Source: an uncultured Alphaproteobacteria bacterium (GTDB lineage Bacteria; Pseudomonadota; Alphaproteobacteria; Rhizobiales; Xanthobacteraceae). Taken from it: 64,000 nt of DNA. The notes beneath the pieces are model-generated. The model saw only the letters and a list, made by a program, of their open reading frames with translations. It was not told the origin of the DNA and did no database searches. The position numbers were made by a program, and so were the translations under genes. Location of the stretch: contig CAVTYJ010000028.1 in assembly GCA_963738845.1 (NCBI GenBank), positions 26,383 through 90,382 of the forward strand. Direction: 5' to 3'. This document shows, piece after piece, positions 31,112 to 40,281 of the stretch. Position 1 is the stretch's first letter; the number at the start of each line of letters is the position of its first letter.

Positions 31112-31186
31112 GGGTGGGTTAGCCGAAGGCGTAACCCACCAAGTGCTGGCGAAAGAAGTGGTGGGTTACGCTTTGCTAACCCACCC
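31112..31186. repeat. pair of REP-like hairpins (GGTGGGTTA...TAACCCACC) between the thiolase and the multifunctional enzyme genes
   Basis: GGTGGGTTAgccgaaggcgTAACCCACC and GGTGGGTTAcgctttgcTAACCCACC are about 20 nt apart. Related GGTGGGCA...TGCCCACC hairpins occur at 42046-42071 and 57478-57550. Confidence 0.75.
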
Positions 31187-31193
31187 TACATCG

Positions 31194-32402
31194 TCACACC
31201 CGCTCGATGATGGTCGCCGTGCCCATGCCGCCGCCGATGCAGAGCGTGACCAGCGCGGTGGACTTGTCGGCACGCTCAAGCTCGTCCAGCACGGTGCCGA
31301 GGATCATCGCGCCGGTCGCACCCAGCGGATGGCCGAGCGCGATCGCGCCGCCATTGACGTTGATCTTGCTGTTGTCGATGTCGAACGCCTGGATGTATCG
31401 CAGCACCACCGAGGCGAAGGCTTCGTTGAGCTCGAACAGGTCGATGTCCTGCTTCTTCATGCCGGAGCGCTCGAACAGCTTTTCGGTGACGTCGACCGGG
31501 CCGGTCAGCATCATCGCCGGCTCCGAGCCGATATTGGTGAAGGCGCGGATTCTCGCGCGGGCCTTGAGACCGTATTTCGCACCGGCCTCTTTGCTGCCGA
31601 GCAGGACCGCGCCCGCGCCGTCGACGATGCCCGACGAGTTGCCGGCGTGGTGCACATAGTTGATGCGCTCGACCTCCGGATGAGACTGGATCGCAACGGC
31701 ATCGAAGCCGCCCATCTGCGCGACCTGCACGAAAGACGGCTGCAGTTGCGCCAGCGACTGCATGGTCGTGGTTGGGCGCATGTGCTCGTCCTTGGCGAGG
31801 ATGGTCAGGCCATTGATGTCCTTGACCGGCACCACCGATTTCTTGAAGCGACCCTCGTCCCAGGCCTTTGCAGCGCGCTGCTGGCTCTGCACCGCATAGG
31901 CGTCGACGTCGTCGCGCGAGAAGCCGTACTTCGTGGCGATCAGGTCGGCGGAGATGCCCTGCGGCATGAAGTAGGAAGGTACGGCGATCGCGGGATCCAT
32001 CGGCCAGGCGCCACCTGAGGCGCCGATGCCGACCCGGCTCATCGATTCCGCGCCGCCGCCGATGACGAGTTGGTTCTGGCCGCTCATGATCTGGGCCGCG
32101 GCGAAATTCACCGCATCGAGACCGGAGGCGCAGAAGCGCGAGATCTGCACGCCCGGCACCGCTTCGCCGAGTCCGGCCTGCAGCGCGGCAAAGCGCGCGA
32201 TGTCGGAGCCGGCCTCGCCGACGGGATCGACCACGCCGAGCACGACGTCGTCGACCGAATCCTCCGGCAGGTTGTTGCGGTCCTTCAGCGCCTTCAACGG
32301 CACCCTGGCAAGCGCCAGCGCGGTCACCTCGTGAAGCGCGCCATCGGCCTTGCCGCGGCCGCGCGGCGTGCGAACGTGATCGTAGATATATGCCTCAGGC
32401 AT
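31194..32402 (-). CDS. acetyl-CoA C-acyltransferase (3-ketoacyl-CoA thiolase)
   Basis: Thiolase active-site regions are present: RFCASGLDAV (Cys), NVNGGAIALGHPLGATG and CIGGGMG. Confidence 0.94.
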   Translation of the reverse strand: MPEAYIYDHVRTPRGRGKADGALHEVTALALARVPLKALKDRNNLPEDSVDDVVLGVVDPVGEAGSDIARFAALQAGLGEAVPGVQISRFCASGLDAVNFAAAQIMSGQNQLVIGGGAESMSRVGIGASGGAWPMDPAIAVPSYFMPQGISADLIATKYGFSRDDVDAYAVQSQQRAAKAWDEGRFKKSVVPVKDINGLTILAKDEHMRPTTTMQSLAQLQPSFVQVAQMGGFDAVAIQSHPEVERINYVHHAGNSSGIVDGAGAVLLGSKEAGAKYGLKARARIRAFTNIGSEPAMMLTGPVDVTEKLFERSGMKKQDIDLFELNEAFASVVLRYIQAFDIDNSKINVNGGAIALGHPLGATGAMILGTVLDELERADKSTALVTLCIGGGMGTATIIERV

Positions 32403-32543
32403 GACGCCCTCCTAAGCGATGATGTTCATCATATGATAGCCGGTCGGCTAACGCGGCGAAAGACAGAACTCTCTTGTTGCTTGCGCATCATCTCGCCGCA
32501 ACAGCCCAGCCGCCGTCCAGGTCGGGCTTTTGCCGATCATGCG

Positions 32544-34334
32544 CTAGAACGCTTCCGCAGCCAATTCCATTGTTGTGCCGCAGCCGGTCTGGATCCGCGC
32601 AAGATGGAGCGCGGTTTCCGGCAGCATCCTTTCCATGTAGAAACGGCCGGTCACGAGCTTGGTCTTCAGATACGCCGTCTCGCCGCTCGCCGCAATCTTG
32701 TCGAGCGCAACCTTCGCCATTTTCGCCCACATGTAAGCGAGCACTGTCAAGCCGAACAGTTGCAGGTAGTCGGTGGCTGCAGCGCCCGCATTGTCGGGTT
32801 TGGCCAGCGCATTCATCATCAGCCAGGTCGTGGCCTGCTGCAAATGGCCGAGCGCGGTCGACAGCGGCGCGATATAGGGCTTCATCGTTTCGTCGGCGCC
32901 GTGCTCCTTGGCGAAGGACTGGACCTCGGCAAAGAACGCCATGACAGCGCGGCCATTGTCGCGCGGCAGCTTGCGACCGACGAGGTCGAGCGCCTGGATG
33001 CCGTTCGCGCCCTCATAGATCATGGCGATCCGCGCATCGCGCACGAACTGCTCCATGCCTTGCTCGGCGATGTAGCCGTGCCCGCCATACATCTGCTGCG
33101 CCTGCACCGCATTGGCAAAACCGGTTTCGGTCAGAAAGCCCTTCAGCACCGGCGTCATCAGGCCCATATGGTCGTCGGCCGCCTGCCGGTCCTTCGGGTC
33201 TTGCGAGCGATGCGCGACGTCACCCTTCAGCGCCGTCCAGACCGCCATCGCGCGTGCCGCTTCGTTGAAGGCGCGGATGGTCAGCAGGGTACGGCGCACG
33301 TCGGGATGAACGATGATCGGATCGGCCGGCTTGTCAGGGGCCTTGACGCCACTCAGCGCCCGGCCCTGCAGGCGGTCGCGGGCATAGGCGACCGCGTTCT
33401 GATAGGCAACTTCGGACTGCGCGAGGCCCTGCACGGCAACGCCGAGGCGGGCCTCGTTCATCATCACGAACATGCCCTGCATGCCCTTGTTCTCTTCGCC
33501 GATCAGCCAGCCAATGGCGTTGTCGTAGTTCATCACGCACGTGGAATTGCCGTGAATGCCCATCTTGTGCTCGATCGAGCCGCAGGTGACGCCGTTGCGC
33601 GCGCCGAGCGACCCATCGGCATTCACCAGGAATTTCGGCACCACGAACAGCGACACACCCTTGATTCCGGCCGGCGCGCCTTCGATTCTCGCCAGCACCA
33701 GATGGATGATGTTGTCGGTCATGTCGTGCTCGCCGGCCGAGATGAAGATCTTTGTGCCCGTGATCTTGAAGCTGCCGTCGGCCTGCCGAACCGCCTTGGT
33801 GCGCAACAGCCCGAGATCGGTGCCGCATTGCGGCTCCGTGAGATTCATCGTGCCGGTCCATTCGCCCGCCACCATCTTCGGAACGTAGGTCTTTTTCTGG
33901 TCCTGCGAGCCGTGCACCATAAGCGCGGCGGTCGCACCCATTGTGAGGCCGCCATACATCGCGAACGCCATGTTGGCGGAAATGGAAAACTCGTTGACGC
34001 ATTGCGAGAGCGTCGCCGGCAAGCCCTGCCCGCCATATTCGGCCGGCGCCGACAGCCCGAGCCAGCCGCCTTCGGCGAGCTGTTTGAAAGCTTCCTTGAA
34101 GCCCTTGGGCGTGGTGACGCTGCCGTCGGCATTGCGTTTGCAGCCTTCGAGATCGCCAACCCGGTTGAGGGGCTGCAGCACCTCCTCTGCGAGCTTTGCA
34201 GCTTCGCCCAAAATCGCATCGCGCACATCGGCGGATGCGTCCGTGAAGCCGGGAAGGTTGTCGTAGCGGTCGATCTGGAAGACGTCGTCGAGCAGGAATT
34301 TGACTTCTTCAACTGGCGCTTTGTAGATCGGCAT
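32544..34334 (-). CDS. long-type acyl-CoA dehydrogenase
   Basis: 596 aa with the ACAD N/M/C domains (TEPQCGTDLG, YEGANGIQALDLVGRK) plus a C-terminal extension. It is the first gene of the beta-oxidation operon. Confidence 0.9.
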   Translation of the reverse strand: MPIYKAPVEEVKFLLDDVFQIDRYDNLPGFTDASADVRDAILGEAAKLAEEVLQPLNRVGDLEGCKRNADGSVTTPKGFKEAFKQLAEGGWLGLSAPAEYGGQGLPATLSQCVNEFSISANMAFAMYGGLTMGATAALMVHGSQDQKKTYVPKMVAGEWTGTMNLTEPQCGTDLGLLRTKAVRQADGSFKITGTKIFISAGEHDMTDNIIHLVLARIEGAPAGIKGVSLFVVPKFLVNADGSLGARNGVTCGSIEHKMGIHGNSTCVMNYDNAIGWLIGEENKGMQGMFVMMNEARLGVAVQGLAQSEVAYQNAVAYARDRLQGRALSGVKAPDKPADPIIVHPDVRRTLLTIRAFNEAARAMAVWTALKGDVAHRSQDPKDRQAADDHMGLMTPVLKGFLTETGFANAVQAQQMYGGHGYIAEQGMEQFVRDARIAMIYEGANGIQALDLVGRKLPRDNGRAVMAFFAEVQSFAKEHGADETMKPYIAPLSTALGHLQQATTWLMMNALAKPDNAGAAATDYLQLFGLTVLAYMWAKMAKVALDKIAASGETAYLKTKLVTGRFYMERMLPETALHLARIQTGCGTTMELAAEAF

Positions 34335-34463
34335 TCTCGTTCTCCCGGCTGGGTTGCGCTCGATATTCTGGAGGCGTTCGACTCACATCTGTTCTGGAAA
34401 TGACCTTAGCCCATCACGAGGTCCTGGCGACGCGAATTGCTTCCAGCGGAATTCAGGACATCA

Positions 34464-34850
34464 TCAACTCCTTGCCAATTCCTCACCCATCATCCGATGC
34501 AGCAGGTTGATCGCCTTCAACGGCCGCACCATCACCTTGAAGTGCACGATCCGTCCGTCATCGGCGAAACGGATGATGTCGACCCCGTTGATGGTGATCC
34601 CATCGATGTCGGTTTGGAATTCGAGGACCGCGCCATCGCGGCTCCTCCACTCGCCGACATAGGCAAAGCTCGGCCCACCCAACACCTTCAGCGCGCTGGC
34701 CAAATATTTGAAAGTGAGGTCGCGTCCGCGCTGCGGCGCGTGCACGATCGGGCTTTCGAACACGACATCCGGATGCAGGAGATCATGCAAAAGGGCCGTG
34801 TCGCGCGACTTCGCGCAGGCGTACCACCGCTCGAGGCCGGTCATCGTCAT
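34464..34850 (-). CDS. NTF2-like (SnoaL-type) family protein
   Basis: About 128 aa with the pattern LLHPDVVFESP...GVDIIRFADDGRIVHFKVMVRP, typical of SnoaL-like folds. The start is set at MTMTGLERW. Confidence 0.65.
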   Translation of the reverse strand: MTMTGLERWYACAKSRDTALLHDLLHPDVVFESPIVHAPQRGRDLTFKYLASALKVLGGPSFAYVGEWRSRDGAVLEFQTDIDGITINGVDIIRFADDGRIVHFKVMVRPLKAINLLHRMMGEELARS

Positions 34851-34940
34851 CGGACGTCTCCTGTGCCTTGCAGGCGCTGCGTGAGGAGCGTGGCTCGTCG
34901 CGCATGGCCGCATATTGACCAGCGCCACGCATTATGTGCA

Positions 34941-34970
34941 TTGACGCATATGCAACTTTGCGCATAAAGT
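34941..34970 (+). promoter_or_regulatory. candidate promoter of the PadR gene
   Basis: TTGACG (34941-34946), an 18-nt spacer, then TAAAGT (34965-34970), only about 14 nt before the GTG start. It overlaps three CGCAT(A/T)(A/T) repeats at 34928, 34945 and 34961. Confidence 0.25.
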
Positions 34971-34983
34971 CAAGGTTGCTTCG

Positions 34984-35595
34984 GTGAACCCCCAAGGGAG
35001 TGACCTCGTGGCGCTCGGCGACGCGATTCTGGTCTGCCTCACAGAACGTCCGATGACGGGCTACGAGCTCGCGAAAACCTTCGATTCCTCGATCGGGTTT
35101 TTCTGGAAGGCCGATCATCAGCAGATCTATCGCGAGCTGACGAGGCTGCGCGACAAGGGATATGTCCAGGCCCGTGAGGTGGTGCAATCGGGCAAGCCCA
35201 ACAAGCTGGTCTATACGCTGACGGTCGAAGGCAAGGCCGCGCTGCGGCATTGGGCCGCGCGCCCGTCGAGCCCGCCCTCGATCAAGGATGACATGCTGGT
35301 GCGGCTGTGCGCGCTCGACGCCGTCGACATCGAGCCGATGCGCGCCGACCTGATGGCGCGGCTGGAATATCACCGCGATCGGCTGGCCCGCTACGAGCGC
35401 GTTCTCGTCAAGCGCTTTCCCCATGGCGCAGTGTCGCTCGCCGACACGGGCAAGCTGCTTGCGCTGCGGCTCGGGCTGCGGCACGAGCGCGCGGTGGTGG
35501 AATGGTGCGAGGAGTCGCTCCACACGCTGACGCGCGGTCTGCCCGGCAAGAACGTCGCGCTCCTGGCCGCGCCCGAAGGCAACGGCCAACTTTAA
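34984..35595 (+). CDS. PadR family transcriptional regulator
   Basis: Winged helix LGDAILVCLTERPMTGYELAKTF...IYRELTRLRDKGYV plus a C-terminal Vir-like extension. The start is GTG. Confidence 0.88.
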   Translation: MNPQGSDLVALGDAILVCLTERPMTGYELAKTFDSSIGFFWKADHQQIYRELTRLRDKGYVQAREVVQSGKPNKLVYTLTVEGKAALRHWAARPSSPPSIKDDMLVRLCALDAVDIEPMRADLMARLEYHRDRLARYERVLVKRFPHGAVSLADTGKLLALRLGLRHERAVVEWCEESLHTLTRGLPGKNVALLAAPEGNGQL

Positions 35596-35755
35596 AAGCC
35601 TGCGGGTCCAATTCCTTAACCCGTTATTTACCGTAACGGCCAAATGTCTAGCTTTCAGGCAGACGACCCGTGCGGAATTCGATTGTCTTTCGGTCGGGAC
35701 GCGCGGGGAGGCCGGAGGCGCCAGGTGGGGGCGCCGGAGCGAACCGGACGGGCAT

Positions 35756-38700
35756 ATGAATTCGCGCGTATCGTGGAGTGTTGACGGCATCGATTCATCC
35801 GTCCGCGAGAGGGCCGAGGCCGCTGCACGTCGGGCCGGCATGTCTCTCAATGACTGGATCTATTCCAATCTCGGCGAAGCTGCGCCGCCCAATTTCCGTT
35901 CGCCGGCGCAGCCCGCGCGCGATGTTGCCGATATCCACCAGCGACTTGATTCGATCACCCGCCAGATCGAGCAGATTTCGCGCACGGCCCCCCGCAACGA
36001 TGACGCGCGCGAGCAGGGCGTCGCGCGCCAGCTGAATGACGCCATCTCGCGGCTGGACGCGCGGCTGTCGCAGATTTCCGACCCGCAATATGCCCGGCAG
36101 GCGCAGGAAAGGCAGCAGGACCGCCAACAGCGTCAATCGGACGCCGTCGAGCGCGCCGCAAGCCACGTTTATTCGCCCCGGCCGTACCCGGACCACGCCT
36201 CCCCGCCGCCGGCCTACGCCCAGCAGCGCTATCCGGGCCAGCCTGCCCCCGGCTACGGCCAAGCGACGCAGACCTATCGCGGCTCGCCGCCGCTCTCGCC
36301 TCATTCGCTCGATTTCGCGGTCGCGGAGATCGCGGCCCGGCAGAGCGAGCTCGATGCCCCATCGAGGCCGATTCCGCCGCGCCAGGCGCCACCGATTGCG
36401 CCTTTCGCGGCACCGCCGCCGCCGCCGGCACCGCCGCCTCCCCCACCACCGGGGCCGGATTTCTCGGCGCTCGAACGTCACCTCATCAAGATCACGAGCC
36501 AGATCGAGGCGCTGCAGCACCCCGATCATCTCGATCAATCGATCGCAGCCTTCCGCAACGAGCTCGCCGAAATCCGCGCCGCCATCACCGAAGCGATGCC
36601 GCGCCGCGCGATCGAGACGATCGAGAGCGAGATCCGCTCGCTGTCGCGTCGCATCGACGACACGCGCCAGAACGGGATCGACAGCCAGGCGCTGTCCAAC
36701 ATCGAACGGGCGCTCGGCGAAATCCGCGAGGTGCTGCGCACGCTGATGCCCGCGGAGCAGCTTCGTGGCTACGACGAGGCGATCCGCAACCTCGGCGCCA
36801 AGCTCGACACCATCCTGCGCGCCAATGACGATCCGGCAACTGTCCGCCAGCTCGAGAGCGCGATCGTGGCGCTGCGCGGTATCGTCTCCAATGTCGCCTC
36901 CAACGATGCGCTGGCGCGGCTCTCCGAGGACGTGCACCTTCTGTCGTCCAAGGTCGATCAACTCGCCCGTTCCGGCAACAACAATGATTCCTTCATCGCG
37001 CTGGAGCAGCGTCTCGCGGCGCTGACCTCGGCCGTGGAAAGCCGCGAACGGCCGGTCGTGCACGATTATTCCGAGCAGATCGACGGCGCGATGCGGGCGC
37101 TCTCGGACCGGATCGATCGCCTGCAGGTCGGCAACGACAGCGCATCCGCCATTGCCCATCTCGAACAGCGCGTCTCCTACCTGCTCGAGCGCGTCGAAGC
37201 CTCCGCTGGCCAGCAGCAACGCGGCGAGCTCGGCCGGGTGGAGGAAGGATTGCAGGACATCCTGCATCACCTCGAACGCCAGCATGCGGCGTTTGCCAAT
37301 TTTGCGCTTGAGAACAGCCGCGCCGCGCAACCGGAGCCACAGCCGCAGCCGCAACCCCAGATCGAATCGGAGCTGGTCGATCTGGTCAAGCGCGAGCTCT
37401 CCGACATGCGCTATGGCCGGCTGGAGACTGACCGGCACACCCAGGATTCGCTCGAGGCCGTGCACTCTGCGCTTGGCCATGTCGTCGATCGTCTCGCCAT
37501 GATCGAAGGCGAGCTGCGCGACGTGCGCTCGATGCCCGTGCAGGCTACCCCCGCGCCCATGCCCGCACCGGCGCCTGAGCCGTCTCCAATCCAAGGGATC
37601 GCCGACGAGGCTCCGCCCATGCCGCGCATGGCGATGCCGCCCGATCCGAAGCCCGAATTGCCCAACCCGGCCGCGACGCAAACGCCCTTCATCGCCGCGC
37701 CGCGCGAATTTCACGCAGTCGAGCCCGACGAGCAGGAGTTCGCCCCTTCCCCGCCGCCGCTGGCGATCAGCGAAATCCTGCTGCCGCAGGCGACGCCGGC
37801 GACGCCGCGCGCGGCGCTTGACCCGCATTTGCCACCCGATCATCCGCTCGAGCCCGGCACGCGGCCGAGCGGCCGCGCTGCATCGCCATCGGAGCGGATC
37901 GCAGCCTCCGAGGATGCGATCAGCGAGATTACCGCAGCACCACGCCCTGCGGTGTCGTCCGCAAGCTTCATCGCTGCCGCGCGTCGCGCCGCGCAGGCCG
38001 CCGCCGCCCAACCGATCGGCGTGGCGCCGCCGGCGAAGGCTGCAATCGGCAAGGGCGACAAGGACACGGCCTCGATCGCCGCGAAGATCCGTTCGCTGCT
38101 GGTTGCCGCAAGCGTGGTCGTGATCGTGCTTGGCACCTTCAAGATGGCGATGAGCCTGCTCGAGAACAGCAGCACGCCGCCCGCCACCGAAAGTGCGATC
38201 GAGCCGCAAGCGCGGCCGCCGGTCGATAACGCGGTGAAGCCGGCCGCACCCGAGCAAGTCACGCCCTCGATGACCTCGCCGACGCCGATCGGCCGGCAAT
38301 CCCTGAACAATTCCTCGCCGAGCACGATCGACGCGACGGCCTCCATCGAAATCCCGCCGGCCGGCGCCGCACCCGCGGCCGCGCCGCCGTCCACGGACAT
38401 CACCGGCGCGATCCCTGCCGCAAGCGAGCGGCGGAGCGCAATGGGAGCGGCGCCTTCGCTGCCGGACACGATCGGCGGCCCGGCGCTGCGCGCCGCCGCG
38501 CTGAAGGGCGATCCGGCCGCGGCTTACGAGGTCGGCGTGCGCTTTGCCGACGGCAGAGGCGTGCCGCAGAATTTCGACGAAGCCGCGAAATGGTACGAGC
38601 GCGCAGCACAGGCCGGTATCGTGCCGGCGATCTTCCGGCTCGGGACCTTCTACGAGAAAGGCCTGGGCGCGAAAAAAGACCCGGACCTTGCGCGACGCTA

Positions 38701-39160
38701 TTACTTGCAGGCTTCCGAGCGCGGCAACGCCAAGGCGATGCACAATCTGGCGGTCATGGATGCCGACGGCGGCGGCAAGGGCGCCAATTACACGAGCGCT
38801 GCGCAGTGGTTCCGCAAGGCCGCCGATCATGGCGTCGCCGACAGCCAGTTCAACCTCGGCATCCTCTATGCCCGCGGCATCGGCGTCGAACAAAACCTCG
38901 CCGAATCCTTCAAATGGTTCAGCCTGGCCGCCGCCCAGGGCGATGCGGACGCCGCCCACAAGCGCGACGACATCGCAAAGCGCCTCGATGCGCAGTCGCT
39001 CGCCGCCGCCAAGCTCGCGATCCAGACCTTTGTCGCCGAGCCGCAGCCCGACGATGCCGTCACTGTGGCCACGCCCGCCGGCGGCTGGGATGCGGCGGCT
39101 CCGCAGGCCGCGAAGCCTGCGGCAAGGCCGGCTCCCAAAAAGACCGCCGCCGCGCATTAA
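35756..39160 (+). CDS. podJ: PodJ-like polar localization factor (coiled-coil, Pro-rich, one TM segment, C-terminal Sel1/TPR repeats)
   Basis: The N-terminus WSVDGIDSSVRERAEAAARRAGMSLNDW resembles rhizobial PodJ N-termini (from memory). Long coiled-coil segments follow, then a TM segment (IRSLLVAASVVVIVLGTF) and at least four Sel1 repeats (AAKWYERAAQAG, AAQWFRKAADHG, SFKWFSLAAAQG). Confidence 0.7.
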   Translation: MNSRVSWSVDGIDSSVRERAEAAARRAGMSLNDWIYSNLGEAAPPNFRSPAQPARDVADIHQRLDSITRQIEQISRTAPRNDDAREQGVARQLNDAISRLDARLSQISDPQYARQAQERQQDRQQRQSDAVERAASHVYSPRPYPDHASPPPAYAQQRYPGQPAPGYGQATQTYRGSPPLSPHSLDFAVAEIAARQSELDAPSRPIPPRQAPPIAPFAAPPPPPAPPPPPPPGPDFSALERHLIKITSQIEALQHPDHLDQSIAAFRNELAEIRAAITEAMPRRAIETIESEIRSLSRRIDDTRQNGIDSQALSNIERALGEIREVLRTLMPAEQLRGYDEAIRNLGAKLDTILRANDDPATVRQLESAIVALRGIVSNVASNDALARLSEDVHLLSSKVDQLARSGNNNDSFIALEQRLAALTSAVESRERPVVHDYSEQIDGAMRALSDRIDRLQVGNDSASAIAHLEQRVSYLLERVEASAGQQQRGELGRVEEGLQDILHHLERQHAAFANFALENSRAAQPEPQPQPQPQIESELVDLVKRELSDMRYGRLETDRHTQDSLEAVHSALGHVVDRLAMIEGELRDVRSMPVQATPAPMPAPAPEPSPIQGIADEAPPMPRMAMPPDPKPELPNPAATQTPFIAAPREFHAVEPDEQEFAPSPPPLAISEILLPQATPATPRAALDPHLPPDHPLEPGTRPSGRAASPSERIAASEDAISEITAAPRPAVSSASFIAAARRAAQAAAAQPIGVAPPAKAAIGKGDKDTASIAAKIRSLLVAASVVVIVLGTFKMAMSLLENSSTPPATESAIEPQARPPVDNAVKPAAPEQVTPSMTSPTPIGRQSLNNSSPSTIDATASIEIPPAGAAPAAAPPSTDITGAIPAASERRSAMGAAPSLPDTIGGPALRAAALKGDPAAAYEVGVRFADGRGVPQNFDEAAKWYERAAQAGIVPAIFRLGTFYEKGLGAKKDPDLARRYYLQASERGNAKAMHNLAVMDADGGGKGANYTSAAQWFRKAADHGVADSQFNLGILYARGIGVEQNLAESFKWFSLAAAQGDADAAHKRDDIAKRLDAQSLAAAKLAIQTFVAEPQPDDAVTVATPAGGWDAAAPQAAKPAARPAPKKTAAAH

Positions 39161-39273
39161 TGTGATCGACCCGTGATTTGCCGCGAGCATCCGCGGCCTT
39201 TACCTCGACGACAAACGCCTGGAGCCTGAGCACGCCCGCTTCGGCGCGCCGGCATGTGTGAAGAGGAATCGCG

Positions 39274-40122
39274 GTGGCCGTGGACAATCAGAACGACAGA
39301 GGCAGGTCGCCGACCGGACCATGGGTCGCGCCGCCACGCGCCCCGACACAGTCTCCATGGGCGACTGCAAGCCCGCCGCAGGCGACTGCAAGCCCGCCGC
39401 AGCCGCGTTCGGGACCCGCGCCGGCGCCGCGACGTCGTGCCGCCAGGCGGGGGCTTTGGTCGGTCGTATTCTTCGTGCTTCTGATGGCCAGCTACGCCAT
39501 CAGCGCCTACAAGGATTTGTCGCGGCCGGAGGCTTGGGCCTATTGGAAGGACCAATATGTCTCCCCGAGCCTGACCGCCTTGCGCGTCGCGAGCGCCGAG
39601 TTCAACGGCAGGATCGGCGGCCGCCCTGCGCTCGCCATCCGCGGCACGATCGGCCCGGCGGCCGCAAGCTGGCTGCGCCAGCAACTCGACCAGGCTCACC
39701 TTGCTCCGGGCGATCTGGTGCTGTTGTCGTCTCCTGGTGGCGACCTGCAACAGGCGGCCATCATGGGCGAGATCATCAGATCGCACGGGCTTGCGACGGC
39801 TGTCGGCACGGCCGACGAGGCAGGCCGCGTGCGGCCGGCCTATTGCGCCAGCGCCTGCGTGCTTGCCTATGCCGGCGGCAAGCCGCGTTATGGCGTCGAG
39901 GGTTCGCGGCTCGGCGTGCATCGCTTCTTCACGACCGGGCCGGTCGAGGATCCCGTGGCCGATACCCAGCGCACTGCCGGGCTCGTGCTCGGCTATTTCA
40001 CCAAGATGGGCGTGTCTTCCGCGGTGGTGGAGGCGATGTCGCAGACCCGCGAGGTGCGCTGGCTCGAGCCGAAGGAGGCGCTGGCGATGAACCTCGTCAC
40101 CGATCCCGTCGGCCGGCCTTAA
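39274..40122 (+). CDS. membrane-anchored periplasmic protein, COG3904/ClpP-fold-like
   Basis: Pro-rich N-terminus, a TM segment (LWSVVFFVLLMASYAISAY), then LLSSPGGDLQQAAIMGEIIR...YCASACVLAYAGG...LGVHRF. The start is GTG. Confidence 0.65.
   Translation: MAVDNQNDRGRSPTGPWVAPPRAPTQSPWATASPPQATASPPQPRSGPAPAPRRRAARRGLWSVVFFVLLMASYAISAYKDLSRPEAWAYWKDQYVSPSLTALRVASAEFNGRIGGRPALAIRGTIGPAAASWLRQQLDQAHLAPGDLVLLSSPGGDLQQAAIMGEIIRSHGLATAVGTADEAGRVRPAYCASACVLAYAGGKPRYGVEGSRLGVHRFFTTGPVEDPVADTQRTAGLVLGYFTKMGVSSAVVEAMSQTREVRWLEPKEALAMNLVTDPVGRP
39361..39402 (+). repeat. perfect 21-bp tandem duplication inside the 39274-40122 CDS
   Basis: GCGACTGCAAGCCCGCCGCAG occurs twice back to back, encoding ATASPPQ twice. 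Confidence 0.95.
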
Positions 40123-40281
40123 AATGACATCCATGTTAATCTGAATCGTTCACCACGCCCCCAACAGGCCACGCCGACACGCGGCAAAAAGGCGCCTTTT
40201 GCGGATTCGCCAGTGCCACTGGCGCGCGATTTCGGTTATGGAGGAACGCGGCAATAGTCCCGGCCTCGGGAGCACACGCGC

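Noticed and set aside
37327-37350. A CAGCCG-type short tandem repeat that might be a DNA-level repeat array.
   Set aside because: It is an in-frame PQPQPQPQ low-complexity tract of the podJ-like CDS. It has no spacer structure and is not CRISPR-like.
35795-39190. A 1131-aa ORF antisense to the whole podJ-like gene.
   Set aside because: Its product is Arg/Gly/Ala-rich and low-complexity, with no motifs. Mirror ORFs of this kind are expected in about 65% GC DNA with GC-rich third positions. The sense strand has clear domain architecture.
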